Below are positions 49,091 through 58,794 of a DNA stretch of 64,000 nucleotides, one piece after another. How positions within the stretch are numbered: the first letter of the stretch is position 1; each line of letters begins with the position of its first letter. The stretch is from Candidatus Bathyarchaeota archaeon (GTDB lineage: Archaea; Thermoproteota; Bathyarchaeia; Bathyarchaeales; Bathycorpusculaceae): positions 93,321 through 157,320 of the forward strand of contig JAOZHT010000004.1 of the NCBI GenBank assembly GCA_026014735.1, given 5' to 3'. A program made the position numbers and the translations under genes. Under the pieces are notes generated by a model that was given only the letters and a program-made list of their open reading frames with translations, had not been told where the DNA came from and made no database searches.

Positions 49091-49854
49091 CAAGCCGCCT
49101 CTGCAGGCCCTCTTTTTTTGGTATCTATTTTTCCATATATCCTAAGCACCCGTATTCGCCAGGTCATTCTAAGCAAATCAGTGAACATCTCGAAGATTTC
49201 TCTGAATTTTGGACAGGCGTTTAGCTTAAGCTGAACGGGCATCTCAACTATTTTTAACCCGTGCAGGTTAGCGGCGGCAAGCAATTCAACATCAAAAGCA
49301 AACCGCTTAACCGTTAACCATGGAATAATCCGCTCAAAAGAACTCTTCTTCATGGCTTTAAGCCCCACTTGGGTATCTCTGATGTTCACGCCAATCATTA
49401 TCTTAACCAAGACGTTGAAGGAATGGCTAAGGATTCTTCGCAGGGCCGATATCTCTACGCGGGACTGCGGATGCCACTTAGAAGCAATAACTATGTCGCT
49501 TTGGCTGAGCGCCTCGATGTAGCGTGAAATCATGCCTAAACCTATCTCTAAGTCGCTGTCAGCGAAAACCACCACGTCCCCGCTGCTTCTCATAAAACCC
49601 GCCTTAACTGCGTAGCCTTTGCCGTTGTTGGTGCTGTAACTGTGGATTTTCACGTGACCGTTCTTTTGGGCATACATAAGTGTCTTAGGCAGGGTGTTGT
49701 CTTTGCTGCCGTCGTTAACCACAACGATTTCGTAGGTTTTGTGTTCCTGACTGAAAAGCGCCTCTATGTTGATTAGGGCAGATTCGATGGAGTTTTCCTC
49801 GTTAAACGCAGGGACCACGATTGAGAGTTCAATTTGCTCCATGTCAACCGCCAT
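49090..49854 (-). CDS. Glycosyltransferase family 2, dolichyl-phosphate sugar synthase-like
   Basis: VVPAFNE, VNDGSKD, NNGKGYAV, DSD, DTQVGLK, FAFDVELL; TGATG coupling to GT4. Confidence 0.92.
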   Translation of the reverse strand: MAVDMEQIELSIVVPAFNEENSIESALINIEALFSQEHKTYEIVVVNDGSKDNTLPKTLMYAQKNGHVKIHSYSTNNGKGYAVKAGFMRSSGDVVVFADSDLEIGLGMISRYIEALSQSDIVIASKWHPQSRVEISALRRILSHSFNVLVKIMIGVNIRDTQVGLKAMKKSSFERIIPWLTVKRFAFDVELLAAANLHGLKIVEMPVQLKLNACPKFREIFEMFTDLLRMTWRIRVLRIYGKIDTKKRGPAEAA

Positions 49855-50056
49855 CGGTTTGTTTCTTGGATACGCTGATAGCCGAGCTACCCAGTGGGAT
49901 ACAGGCATCAAGTCCTTATAATGTTTGAGTTTTCAGGTTAACCCGGTTATACAGCAAAAAAACAAGCTGCACTATTGAGCACTAGGCTGCCCGCACTTTC
50001 ACGAATTACATCAAGTTTTTAAAGCTAGTTTACCTGAACAAACACGGGGCAAACGT

Positions 50057-51859
50057 ATGGCAGCTACATTAACCTTCTATGGTGCAGTTGACGAAATCGG
50101 CGGAAACAAAATCCTCCTGAAAACAAGCGATGGAGCCCTCCTGCTGGATTTTGGGCGCCGCATGAACGAGTACGGAAGATTCTTCTCGGATTACATTCAG
50201 GCACGCTCCAAAAATGCCCTTCGTGACATGCTGAGGTTGGGGATTCTTCCAAAAATCGATGGAGTCTACACGCGTTACTTGGTGGATATGACCTCTTTAT
50301 TTGAAAACCCTGAGGTAAGCAAAAAAGTTCCCTTTGAAGAGGCCCGGGATTACTGGAAAACCACCGATGTCTCCCCCTGCGACCCCGCAAAGCCAGCGGT
50401 TGATGCCGTCTTTGTAACGCATGCCCATTTTGATCACATCCAAGATGTTAGTTTTCTTGACCCATGCATCCCAGTTTACTGCACAGAAAAAACCAAAGTG
50501 CTAGCAAAAGCCATGACGGATGTTTCTGTTTCAGGGGTTGATGACCAATATTACAAGCTCGCCAAGGAGTCAACCATTAAGCAGAAGCCAGCGGGGTACA
50601 AGACGCTCTGTCCAGAGGAATGCGCGTTCTGCGAGGAAAAAGAGGAGGAGCACCCAATCATTGTTGACGCAAAAACAAAATTCGCATTCACTTATGACAT
50701 AGCTCCACGATATCGAACTTTTAATACAGATATGCAGGGCCACGTGAAAGGCATAGAGTACAAGCTTATCCCCGTGGGGCACTCGGTACCTGGCGCATGC
50801 TCAATCCTGTTGACGCTGCCAGGTGGCAAACGGGTTCTCTATACAGGCGACATACGGTTCCACGGTGCAGATGAAGTTTCAATAGATGATTATGTCAAAG
50901 CCGTCGGTGGCTCAGTGGATATTATGATCACGGAGGGCACAAGGGTAGATTCGGAGAATGTCTTAACGGAGGAACAGGTCGGCAGAGACATAACCGAGGA
51001 TATCAGATGCTGTGAGGGGCTTGTGCTGATTAACTTTGGCTGGAAGGACCTAACACGCTTTAACACCGTATATGAAGCCGCCAAAAGCAACGGTCGCGTC
51101 CTTGTGGTTACGCCTAAACTTGCATATTTGCTCTATGAGATGCACTGCAACTTCCCAACCAAACATCAAGACCCAAGAACGATGGATAACCTGAAAGTTT
51201 ACCTCAAACGCGAAGGCGACCTGCTCTACTCCAAAGCAGACTATGACAAATACAAAATGGGGTACCTGCATTATCACGGCAGAAACGTAGCTAAAGACGA
51301 CCGCAACCTTGTCCGCATAGCAGAACGACTCGACGTCGGCGGCGAAGCGGGGAACCCAAAAAATCCCCTGGGGGCAACATGCGCGGGGTTACCTTATGAT
51401 TACAAAGATATCTACTCGCTGGCAACGCACCATTTAGACAACGGCGTTAGAGCCTACCAAATACGCAGAACCCCAAGGCAGTACGTCTTGATGTTCTCGT
51501 TCTGGGATGCAAATGAACTCTTCGACTTGATACCCCTTGACGGCAAACATCAAACCCGCTACATCTCGGCATCCACGGAGCCGTTTAGTGAAGAGATGGA
51601 AATTGACGAACGCAAAATGGTGCATTGGATGGACTTCTTTAGCATCGCCTGCGACTATGACGTTGACGAAAAGGGCGATAAATCGTTTAAGCGCAGGCAT
51701 GTTTCGGGGCACGCATCAAAAATGGAACTTAAAGAAGTAATAGATAGAATAAACCCAGCCAGGATTATACCCATCCACACGGAGAATTGCGGAGTATTCG
51801 AAAGCTTGTTTGCATCAAAAGTTATTTTGCCGAAATATGCTCAGCCCATAGAGATTTGA
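50057..51859 (+). CDS. RNase J-like metallo-beta-lactamase/beta-CASP nuclease
   Basis: EIGGNK, THAHFDH, GHSVPG, YTGD.RFHG, HVSGHA, IPIHTE. Confidence 0.88.
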   Translation: MAATLTFYGAVDEIGGNKILLKTSDGALLLDFGRRMNEYGRFFSDYIQARSKNALRDMLRLGILPKIDGVYTRYLVDMTSLFENPEVSKKVPFEEARDYWKTTDVSPCDPAKPAVDAVFVTHAHFDHIQDVSFLDPCIPVYCTEKTKVLAKAMTDVSVSGVDDQYYKLAKESTIKQKPAGYKTLCPEECAFCEEKEEEHPIIVDAKTKFAFTYDIAPRYRTFNTDMQGHVKGIEYKLIPVGHSVPGACSILLTLPGGKRVLYTGDIRFHGADEVSIDDYVKAVGGSVDIMITEGTRVDSENVLTEEQVGRDITEDIRCCEGLVLINFGWKDLTRFNTVYEAAKSNGRVLVVTPKLAYLLYEMHCNFPTKHQDPRTMDNLKVYLKREGDLLYSKADYDKYKMGYLHYHGRNVAKDDRNLVRIAERLDVGGEAGNPKNPLGATCAGLPYDYKDIYSLATHHLDNGVRAYQIRRTPRQYVLMFSFWDANELFDLIPLDGKHQTRYISASTEPFSEEMEIDERKMVHWMDFFSIACDYDVDEKGDKSFKRRHVSGHASKMELKEVIDRINPARIIPIHTENCGVFESLFASKVILPKYAQPIEI

Positions 51860-51972
51860 CTTAACAGACTGGCTTTTCTCAGCATTTTTAAAAAACAGCT
51901 CTGCAACGTCGAAAGACCCCCCCGCTGAACCTTTAATCAATCTTTATATTTGATTGGTGCCAATAGCCTGGC

Positions 51973-52440
51973 ATGGCAGAGCCAAAAGATGGCAGACCAA
52001 TCTTCTTCCCCGAAAACCTGGTTCTCTTAGGCAACCTCGCCCTTTTTGTATGGATTGTCCTTGACACCGTTGCTTTTTTACTATATGATCTTACGGCTGG
52101 TATTGTGTTCTTTATCCTGACGCTTATCTTGATCTATGGGGTGCTGCATCTGCTGGGCTGCCTAAGACCATGCCATAAATGCATCAAATGCACCCACGGC
52201 ATGGGGCGATTGGCCGCGCTGTACTTTGGCAGACGCATCTTCAAAGACTACAAGTACAACTACAAACTGCCCACCGCAGTATTCTTCAGCCTATACATCG
52301 GGGCTTTTCCAGCGGCATTCGCCCTCTACTCCGCAGCCACAGGTTTCACAGTCGTTAAAGCAGCGGTTTCTGCGGTGCTTTTGGTTTTCACGATCTATAG
52401 CGCCACTACGTGGAGGATAGAGAAACCGAAGAAAACCTGA
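51973..52440 (+). CDS. Hypothetical four-TM membrane protein with a Cys cluster
   Basis: Four hydrophobic helices; loop GCLRPCHKCIKCTHG. Confidence 0.75.
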   Translation: MAEPKDGRPIFFPENLVLLGNLALFVWIVLDTVAFLLYDLTAGIVFFILTLILIYGVLHLLGCLRPCHKCIKCTHGMGRLAALYFGRRIFKDYKYNYKLPTAVFFSLYIGAFPAAFALYSAATGFTVVKAAVSAVLLVFTIYSATTWRIEKPKKT

Positions 52441-52581
52441 GTAGCCTCCGCAGGTTATTTTAGAGCTAAACTGAGAGAGCAAGAAAGCGGTTGAATTATA
52501 GCCGTTTTCAGGTAAAATAAGCGTTTTTAAAACAAAAATCTTTAATTGATACTGCAGAATTTTTAGACGTGAGGTGCACAA

Positions 52582-52761
52582 ATGGTAGCTGATACTTGCT
52601 CGGCAGATCAAAAATTACCGAAATGCCCAAGATGCAGGAGACAATCAACAAGACTCAAAAACGACATAGAAAACGACTATTTCTCGGTAAAATACTATAC
52701 CTGCGACCACTGCCAACACATTTTCAAGGTTGCACGCGTGAAATACCCCACGGACCAGTAA
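52582..52761 (+). CDS. 59-aa zinc-ribbon microprotein (not in ORF track)
   Basis: SD GAGGTG; MVADTCSADQKLPKCPRC...YYTCDHCQHIFKV (CPxC..CxxC). Confidence 0.75.
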   Translation: MVADTCSADQKLPKCPRCRRQSTRLKNDIENDYFSVKYYTCDHCQHIFKVARVKYPTDQ

Positions 52762-52894
52762 AGTGGGGCCTCAGGCAAAGGCAATTTTGGTAGCATAAAA
52801 GTAGCTTAGACCTGGATTATGGAGAGCCATAGATTGCAGCAACCCCAAGGCGGGTATGCATGCAACAAACGTATGAGCTTATCCACAAGGTGAT

Positions 52895-55800
52895 TTATCG
52901 GCGGGTTTGGGCCAGCGTTTTTTGGGATTTAACGTAGACTTCCACCTTAACGTCTGGGTTTGCTTGCCCAAGGAACTTTGACAAGTCACCCTCCCACTGA
53001 GGCTTAGAGTCTGCAGTGAAGCCCACCGTGTCGGAGATGCCCCGCCAGAGCAACGCGCGGTCGTAGTCGCGGGCGTCTTGGGGCATGAACTCGAATATGC
53101 TGCGGCTTGCCACGATGACGAGTTTCTTTTTCATCCGCGAGATGGCGACGTTGATGCGGTTGAGGTTAAGCAGGAACTCGCTTTCGGTGCGGACATAGTC
53201 GGGGTCGCTGACGCAGCTGCTGATGATGACGAAGTCTGCTTCGCCGCCCTGATATCGCTCCACCGTATCGACGCGGGCGCCCAGGTTGGCGTCTTGGAGG
53301 CGGTTTTTAAGCAGCCCCTTCTGGGCATTGTGGGGAGTGATGACGCCTATATTTGCGGAGGACGCATTCTTAGCCAGCGCCGCCACGATGGATGCCTCCA
53401 CCAAGTTAGACTGGAAACTCTCTGCCTCATCATGCACGATGAGGACAAACACGTTCTGAGGCGCCAAAGCCACAGCTAACCCCTCCGTCTGGGCCTCAAC
53501 AGGCGCTAAAGTCTGCGTCTGCTCAGAACGGAAATCAATGTTATCCTTCTCATAGACCCATTCACGCAGAAATTCCGCGACCACCGAGTGGCAACGGTGG
53601 CTCTCGCAGAGCCGCTCCGCAGGGATGTCTGCTGGGTTTCTGCATTTTATCCGCTCCAAGCCAAGGTCTTCGTTGCGTAGCAACCGCAGAAAATCCATAG
53701 CGGAAAGAAAAGACGCCATTTCCTCAAGGGTGCGGCGGTCCTCTTTTTCCCAGTTATGCGCCACAATCGGCGGCAGCTGGCGGTGGTCGCCTGCGACGAG
53801 GATTTGGCTGTTTTTGGATAGGAAGCTTCCTGAGAGGATGAGTTCGGGGAGCCGCATCATGCTGGCTTCGTCGACGACGAGGAGGTCAAAGAAGCCTTCG
53901 CCCCAGGGCGGCTCGGATTCGCCGATTTTTTTCATCAAGCCATATAGCCCAGGCGGCGTCAGACATATCACTAACGGGGAGGAAGCCGATGTGGAGGGCG
54001 TAAGCGTGGATTGATTCATCAGGCAGCCCGTGAGTTCAGCGACGGTTTCTTGGTCCTGGTTATAGTTGACGTATTTGACTCCGTCGATGGGCGGCACAAG
54101 CGAAACCTCGCTGCTTAAGACACGGTAAAGCTGCAGATCTTTGAGGTCGCGTCCGCCGGCGGCGATGTATTCTTTCCAGCAACGGCCGAGTTTCTCGACG
54201 AATTCCTGGATGGCTTTATGGGTCGGCGCCACCATCAAAACTCGGCACCGAGACTTTGCCCTATGCGCGGCGATGTGAGCAAGCACTGCAAGCTGCAGCG
54301 TTTCGGTCTTGCCCGTGCCAGGCGGACCCTGAAGCATCACAATCGGTTCAGCTCCAAACACGCGTTCCACAAAACGTTTCTGTTCTGCTTTGGGCGGAAA
54401 CCGCCGTGCCTCCATCCAATTTAGGAAAGGCATCGCTGCAGCCCTGTCTAGTGCAGTGTGGTTGTTGCCGCCTGTCTTGCCCGCCAAGTAGTCTGCTAAG
54501 AGGCAGTAGAGGACGTTGTTGGCTGCGTAGTCGAGGCTTTTTGCGGCGCGGTCCGAGATGATGTCGTCGGCTAACTCGTCAAGGATGTAGTAGCGTCCAG
54601 CCTCGAAGAGCTGCATGTACTTGCCCTGTGCCTTCTCGGGGTCAGTGGTGGGCAGATTATGCCATGCACTGTACTTGCTGCCCCTGCCCCGCGGCCAACT
54701 CACGATTTTAACGACAACTTCCAGCTTGGGCACGTCCACGCGGTCCACGATGGCTCGGGCGGACTTCTCCACCTCCCCCGGCGAGCGCTTCTCGGTTTCC
54801 TCAAACTGCCCCGAGGCGTTGCGCCGCAGCTCAGTCACCACCATCCAGTCGCCTGAACTTGAGCCCTCCGAGCCCTTTACGCGGCAGGCGTTGGCGACGC
54901 AGTCAGCTCTGGGCAGCCCCAGATCCTCGTAGACCAGCTTGCCCCGCACCACGAATTCCCGTTCAAACTCGTCGACGCGTGTGCACTGGAAAATCACTGA
55001 TCGCCCGGAAGCCACCCGCTGATAGGGCAGCATCGCATAGTGCTGATACATCTCCTGGCGCTTCGAGAAGTACTCTAAATCCAAGAATTCTCGGCAGCTC
55101 CGCTCCAGCGTGGCGGTGCCCAGCGTGAACTCGGAGATTTTGGGGACAGCAATCGGCTTTTTGCCCAGTCGCCTGTTACGGATAGAGAGGGACCGCTCGA
55201 CCTGCTCGAGTGCCATACAGATTTTGGTGCCCATCAGGTTAAGTTCTTCGTCGGTTATGCGGCGGGTTTTAGAGGTGTAGTCGCACCATTTGCGTTTATC
55301 GAGCAGAACCTTGGAGGGGCCTTTAACTTGGCTGAAATTGTCGAGTCGACCCTTGGCGCCCCAGATGTACTCGATGGGCAATTGGTCGCCGAAGCGGGCG
55401 CGAGCGGGGTAGTAACCGTCGTTTTTGCCCTCTTTGAGGAAGGCGATGGTGCCGTCGGGGTTTCTGCGGTAGGGCAAGCTGTAGTTGAATAAGCCGTCGC
55501 GGAACACCAGCGCCAAATCCACTATGGTGCCGTCTTTGCGTTTGACGCGCCATTGGTTGCGGTCAAAGAAGCATGCCTGCTCCAGAATTGGCAGCAACCC
55601 CGAGCTGTGATAACGCAGGGCTTTGCGGTGGACCACTTCGTCTTGGAGAATGGAGAACATGGGTTGGTCGATGGCTTGCCGCAGCCCCAGCAGGTCACGC
55701 ACGGCCTGTGCACTAATCATTGAGGGCTGCCGACAGACCGCTTTCATGAGGACATCGCGTTCTTGGCGGCTGAAGAAGTACAGGTGAATCGGCGCCTCAT

Positions 55801-57259
55801 CGGGGCTGCCGGCTGCAGCTGCGGCTTTATTTATGGCCGCGGAGAGGTCAGCGAAAAAGCCCTCCAGCAGTCTGCGCTCCTCCTCTATGCATTCGTTTCG
55901 GTCGTCGGGGAGGCTGCTGATTACGCGGGAAACGAGGAGGGGTTCGCCGCGGTATCGGGTGCAGCTGACTTTGGCGCTGAGCATCGAGACGCAGTCAAGC
56001 ATGTAGTCCCATTCGATGAAGAGGTAAATGCGGATTAAGCCGTCGGGGTTATAGAGTAACGAGGCGTCGGCGCCGCCGGAGGGGCTGTCTTCGGGGAGGC
56101 TACCGTAGCCTGTTCCGGTAAGCCAGGGCATCCAGCGGCTTTTGCTGGCGTTTGGGCTGCTGGGGCGGATGCCGCCAAGCATGTACTGGGCGCGTTCAAC
56201 CAGCCAATCCAGCTTGGCGCCGATGATGGGGTCTGTTGAGAGCTCCTGAACCTTTTTTGGGTCCTTAGCGGGGATAACTCGGAAGTCGTTGGGGCGCAGA
56301 TTGCCGCCGTCCAGCACCACTTTGAGCCGCGCCAAATCCTCCAGCCCCCTGACGCCGTGATGCGAGAGAGCTTTCTGTTCGCCTCGGCTTAGATTCAGCA
56401 GCGCCACGCTTTCGTTCTCCACTGAGCAGACAATGCAGCATTCGTTGAAGCCGCAGTTGTCACATCTCCAGCAGAGCTGGTACTCGACTTCCTCGAGGGG
56501 TTTTTTGTGGATGCGGTTGAATTCCCCGTTTTTGGCGAGGAGCCGCTCGACGTCTTGGATGAGGGGGCTGAGTTTGAATTTGGGCAGGGCGTCAGCTTCG
56601 AGGCTTTCAAGGCTGGTTTCGCGGTTGATGACGCCGCCTTCCAGCTCCACCTTGGCGGATAAGCCGCCGAGTTCGCGTCCCAGCAGCAGAACGTAGATGG
56701 CGACTTGGATGCGGTGGGCGGTCTGCTCTTTCCAGGAGGATTTGAGTTCGAAGATGCGGACTTTTACTTTGCCTTCTTTAAGCGGCCATACCGCGATTAA
56801 ATCCGCGATGCCTTTGACATCCCATACGCCGATTGGGCCCTTCATAGGCACCTGATAGAGCAAAACGGGGCGGGGGTCAGCTTTTTCTCCCAGCGAGATT
56901 ATGTGCTCGATGACGTAGTGGAGGTTATTTAGGGAATCCTGGGCTTTATCCCAGCCGCGCTTACCATACTTGTTAGGGTCATAAACAGTGAAGTCAAGGT
57001 ACTCGGCGGCTCTCCCCTTGAGCTCAGCGACTTTTTTTTCTTCCAACGCTTTGCCGGTGCCGTAGAGCAGGGGACTGATGGGTTTGAAGGCTTCGGGCCA
57101 AGTGCGTTTTTTGACTTCTTTGCCTTCGAATTTAAGTTTGAAGAAGCGGGGGCAGCAGTTGAAGCGGATGTACTCGGCGATGCCTGAGGCAGTCAGGGTT
57201 TTGCCGCCTTCGGGCTCTTCGCCTGAAAGGTCATCTGCATCGATGTCGTCGTAACTCAA
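52895..57259 (-). CDS. Dna2-like fusion: Cas4/RecB-type Fe-S nuclease plus SF1 (UPF1/Dna2-like) helicase
   Basis: CPRF...GIADL..ELK..QVAIY...CDNCGFNECC; GPPGTGKT, APTHKA, VDEAS, GDHRQLPP, TVERYQG, NVAISR. Confidence 0.9.
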   Translation of the reverse strand: MSYDDIDADDLSGEEPEGGKTLTASGIAEYIRFNCCPRFFKLKFEGKEVKKRTWPEAFKPISPLLYGTGKALEEKKVAELKGRAAEYLDFTVYDPNKYGKRGWDKAQDSLNNLHYVIEHIISLGEKADPRPVLLYQVPMKGPIGVWDVKGIADLIAVWPLKEGKVKVRIFELKSSWKEQTAHRIQVAIYVLLLGRELGGLSAKVELEGGVINRETSLESLEADALPKFKLSPLIQDVERLLAKNGEFNRIHKKPLEEVEYQLCWRCDNCGFNECCIVCSVENESVALLNLSRGEQKALSHHGVRGLEDLARLKVVLDGGNLRPNDFRVIPAKDPKKVQELSTDPIIGAKLDWLVERAQYMLGGIRPSSPNASKSRWMPWLTGTGYGSLPEDSPSGGADASLLYNPDGLIRIYLFIEWDYMLDCVSMLSAKVSCTRYRGEPLLVSRVISSLPDDRNECIEEERRLLEGFFADLSAAINKAAAAAGSPDEAPIHLYFFSRQERDVLMKAVCRQPSMISAQAVRDLLGLRQAIDQPMFSILQDEVVHRKALRYHSSGLLPILEQACFFDRNQWRVKRKDGTIVDLALVFRDGLFNYSLPYRRNPDGTIAFLKEGKNDGYYPARARFGDQLPIEYIWGAKGRLDNFSQVKGPSKVLLDKRKWCDYTSKTRRITDEELNLMGTKICMALEQVERSLSIRNRRLGKKPIAVPKISEFTLGTATLERSCREFLDLEYFSKRQEMYQHYAMLPYQRVASGRSVIFQCTRVDEFEREFVVRGKLVYEDLGLPRADCVANACRVKGSEGSSSGDWMVVTELRRNASGQFEETEKRSPGEVEKSARAIVDRVDVPKLEVVVKIVSWPRGRGSKYSAWHNLPTTDPEKAQGKYMQLFEAGRYYILDELADDIISDRAAKSLDYAANNVLYCLLADYLAGKTGGNNHTALDRAAAMPFLNWMEARRFPPKAEQKRFVERVFGAEPIVMLQGPPGTGKTETLQLAVLAHIAAHRAKSRCRVLMVAPTHKAIQEFVEKLGRCWKEYIAAGGRDLKDLQLYRVLSSEVSLVPPIDGVKYVNYNQDQETVAELTGCLMNQSTLTPSTSASSPLVICLTPPGLYGLMKKIGESEPPWGEGFFDLLVVDEASMMRLPELILSGSFLSKNSQILVAGDHRQLPPIVAHNWEKEDRRTLEEMASFLSAMDFLRLLRNEDLGLERIKCRNPADIPAERLCESHRCHSVVAEFLREWVYEKDNIDFRSEQTQTLAPVEAQTEGLAVALAPQNVFVLIVHDEAESFQSNLVEASIVAALAKNASSANIGVITPHNAQKGLLKNRLQDANLGARVDTVERYQGGEADFVIISSCVSDPDYVRTESEFLLNLNRINVAISRMKKKLVIVASRSIFEFMPQDARDYDRALLWRGISDTVGFTADSKPQWEGDLSKFLGQANPDVKVEVYVKSQKTLAQTRR

Positions 57260-57410
57260 CCCCCACTCGCCTCCGCAACAATCACTTGCTGACAGTAACG
57301 GCGCCGGATATTATTGTATTTACCGTTAATCCCCAACCCCATCGGCGACGCCTGGCGGAAGCTGGCGAAAAACTCTTCTGTGTAGGCATTTAATGTAATG
57401 TGGAGACGGC

Positions 57411-57971
57411 ATGCGCAGAACCCAAAAACCCCACAGGCAACTAACCCTCGACAAACTCCCCACTTCGCAACCCAGCCCAGCGCAGCCTCCGCAGCTAAAG
57501 CAGATAAAAATAACGCAGTTTGCCTCCGAAACCGGCATAGACGAGTTAACCCTTAAAGTCAGCTTCGCTCTTAAGCCCTCAAAAGCCGCCTTCTCCAAGC
57601 TGAAAGCGGATTTGCGGTTTGAGGAAGAGGTTTTGTCGTCTGTGCTGATTCGGGTTCCTCAGGGGCCGCTGTCCACCGACGAGTTAGAGTACAGTTGGGT
57701 GCTGGATATGACGGGGATAGGCGAGGGCAAGTACGCGGTTGGGGTTGAGATGTATGAGGCCGGGGGCAGCGAGAAGCTAAACTGCGCCACAGATGAGTTG
57801 ACGCTGGATTATGTGCCGCAGACTCGCCGAAGCTGCTACATTCGGGTGCCATCCGTTAAGAGCGTTGCGGGGGCGGATTTGTCTGTTGCCTCCAAAACTG
57901 AGAGTGAACTCTACCGCGAACTCGAAAATACACTGCGGGAAGAGCAGAAGTGCAGAAGGGATAATTGGTGA
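57411..57971 (+). CDS. Hypothetical protein, beta-rich
   Basis: 186-aa ORF with a GGAG SD, divergent from the helicase gene. Confidence 0.65.
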   Translation: MRRTQKPHRQLTLDKLPTSQPSPAQPPQLKQIKITQFASETGIDELTLKVSFALKPSKAAFSKLKADLRFEEEVLSSVLIRVPQGPLSTDELEYSWVLDMTGIGEGKYAVGVEMYEAGGSEKLNCATDELTLDYVPQTRRSCYIRVPSVKSVAGADLSVASKTESELYRELENTLREEQKCRRDNW

Positions 57972-57972
57972 C

Positions 57973-58098
57973 CTATTTTTTCTTTCCCTTTGCAGGAAGC
58001 TGCGAGGTCAATTGTTTCTTTTTTGCTTCTTTTTCGCGTTTAGCTTTCTTTTCCTGCTCAAGGCGAGTGTTAATGTTTTTCTTTTTCATTGTGCCCAT
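57973..58098 (-). CDS. 41-aa Lys-rich basic peptide, copy 1
   Basis: MGTMKKKNINTRLEQEKKAKREKEAKKKQLTSQLPAKGKKK; supported by the paralog at 58795..58920. Confidence 0.75.
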   Translation of the reverse strand: MGTMKKKNINTRLEQEKKAKREKEAKKKQLTSQLPAKGKKK

Positions 58099-58223
58099 TT
58101 TTGCCATCTCAATTGAAAAACAAAAAGACCTACGCACACAAAAATGTTGCCCTTTTAACACCAAAAGAGCAAACACTTAGGTATTCAGAAATGCTTATCA
58201 AAGGTGCTGACTACACTTCATCG

Positions 58224-58391
58224 GTGCCACATTTGCCGACGAAAACCCTTCTGTGCGGATGCGTCTACGAAGAAAACGATTGGATGCTAATCAGAGTAAA
58301 AGAATGCGAAAAGCACCATAAAGCGAGGCATAGAAAAATAGAGTACCGCCCGAAAGCTGAATGCAACCGCAACGACACTCGAGGCGAATAG
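58224..58391 (+). CDS. Small hypothetical protein, possible metal binding
   Basis: LLCGCVYE...ECEKHH; start uncertain (GTG 58224). Confidence 0.45.
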   Translation: MPHLPTKTLLCGCVYEENDWMLIRVKECEKHHKARHRKIEYRPKAECNRNDTRGE

Positions 58392-58709
58392 TTACTTTTT
58401 GATTTCAACCCAGATTTTTCCGTCCTCAACCTTACAGCGGTAAGCGGTGAGAGCGGTCAGAGGGTTCTCGATGTATTGTCCAGTGCGGACATCAAATTTC
58501 CAGCCGTGGCAGGGACACATTAAAACGTAGCCGCTTAAGATGCCATTTTGTAGGCTGCATCCCATATGCGGGCAGCGGTTAGTAACGCCGTAGACTTGTC
58601 CACCTACTTTAGCAAGCAATATGGGATTGCCTCTTATGCGGACAGCCGCTATACCGCCTTCTTTAAGCTCAGAATCCTTGATGCTTGAATGAAAATTATC
58701 TTTAGGCAA
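58392..58709 (-). CDS. Rieske [2Fe-2S] ferredoxin
   Basis: CPHMG and CPCHGWKFD boxes. Confidence 0.93.
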   Translation of the reverse strand: MPKDNFHSSIKDSELKEGGIAAVRIRGNPILLAKVGGQVYGVTNRCPHMGCSLQNGILSGYVLMCPCHGWKFDVRTGQYIENPLTALTAYRCKVEDGKIWVEIKK

Positions 58710-58794
58710 AACAGACCGCCACTACATATTGAAGGAGCGGTGCTGAAAAAGTTGCCGACGGGCACACGATTTTTTACTAGAAATCAGCAGAGAA

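Noticed and set aside
52895..57259. Cas4-like domain as evidence of a CRISPR-Cas system
   Set aside because: No repeat-spacer array or other cas genes in the window; the domain is fused to an SF1 helicase as in Dna2-like proteins.
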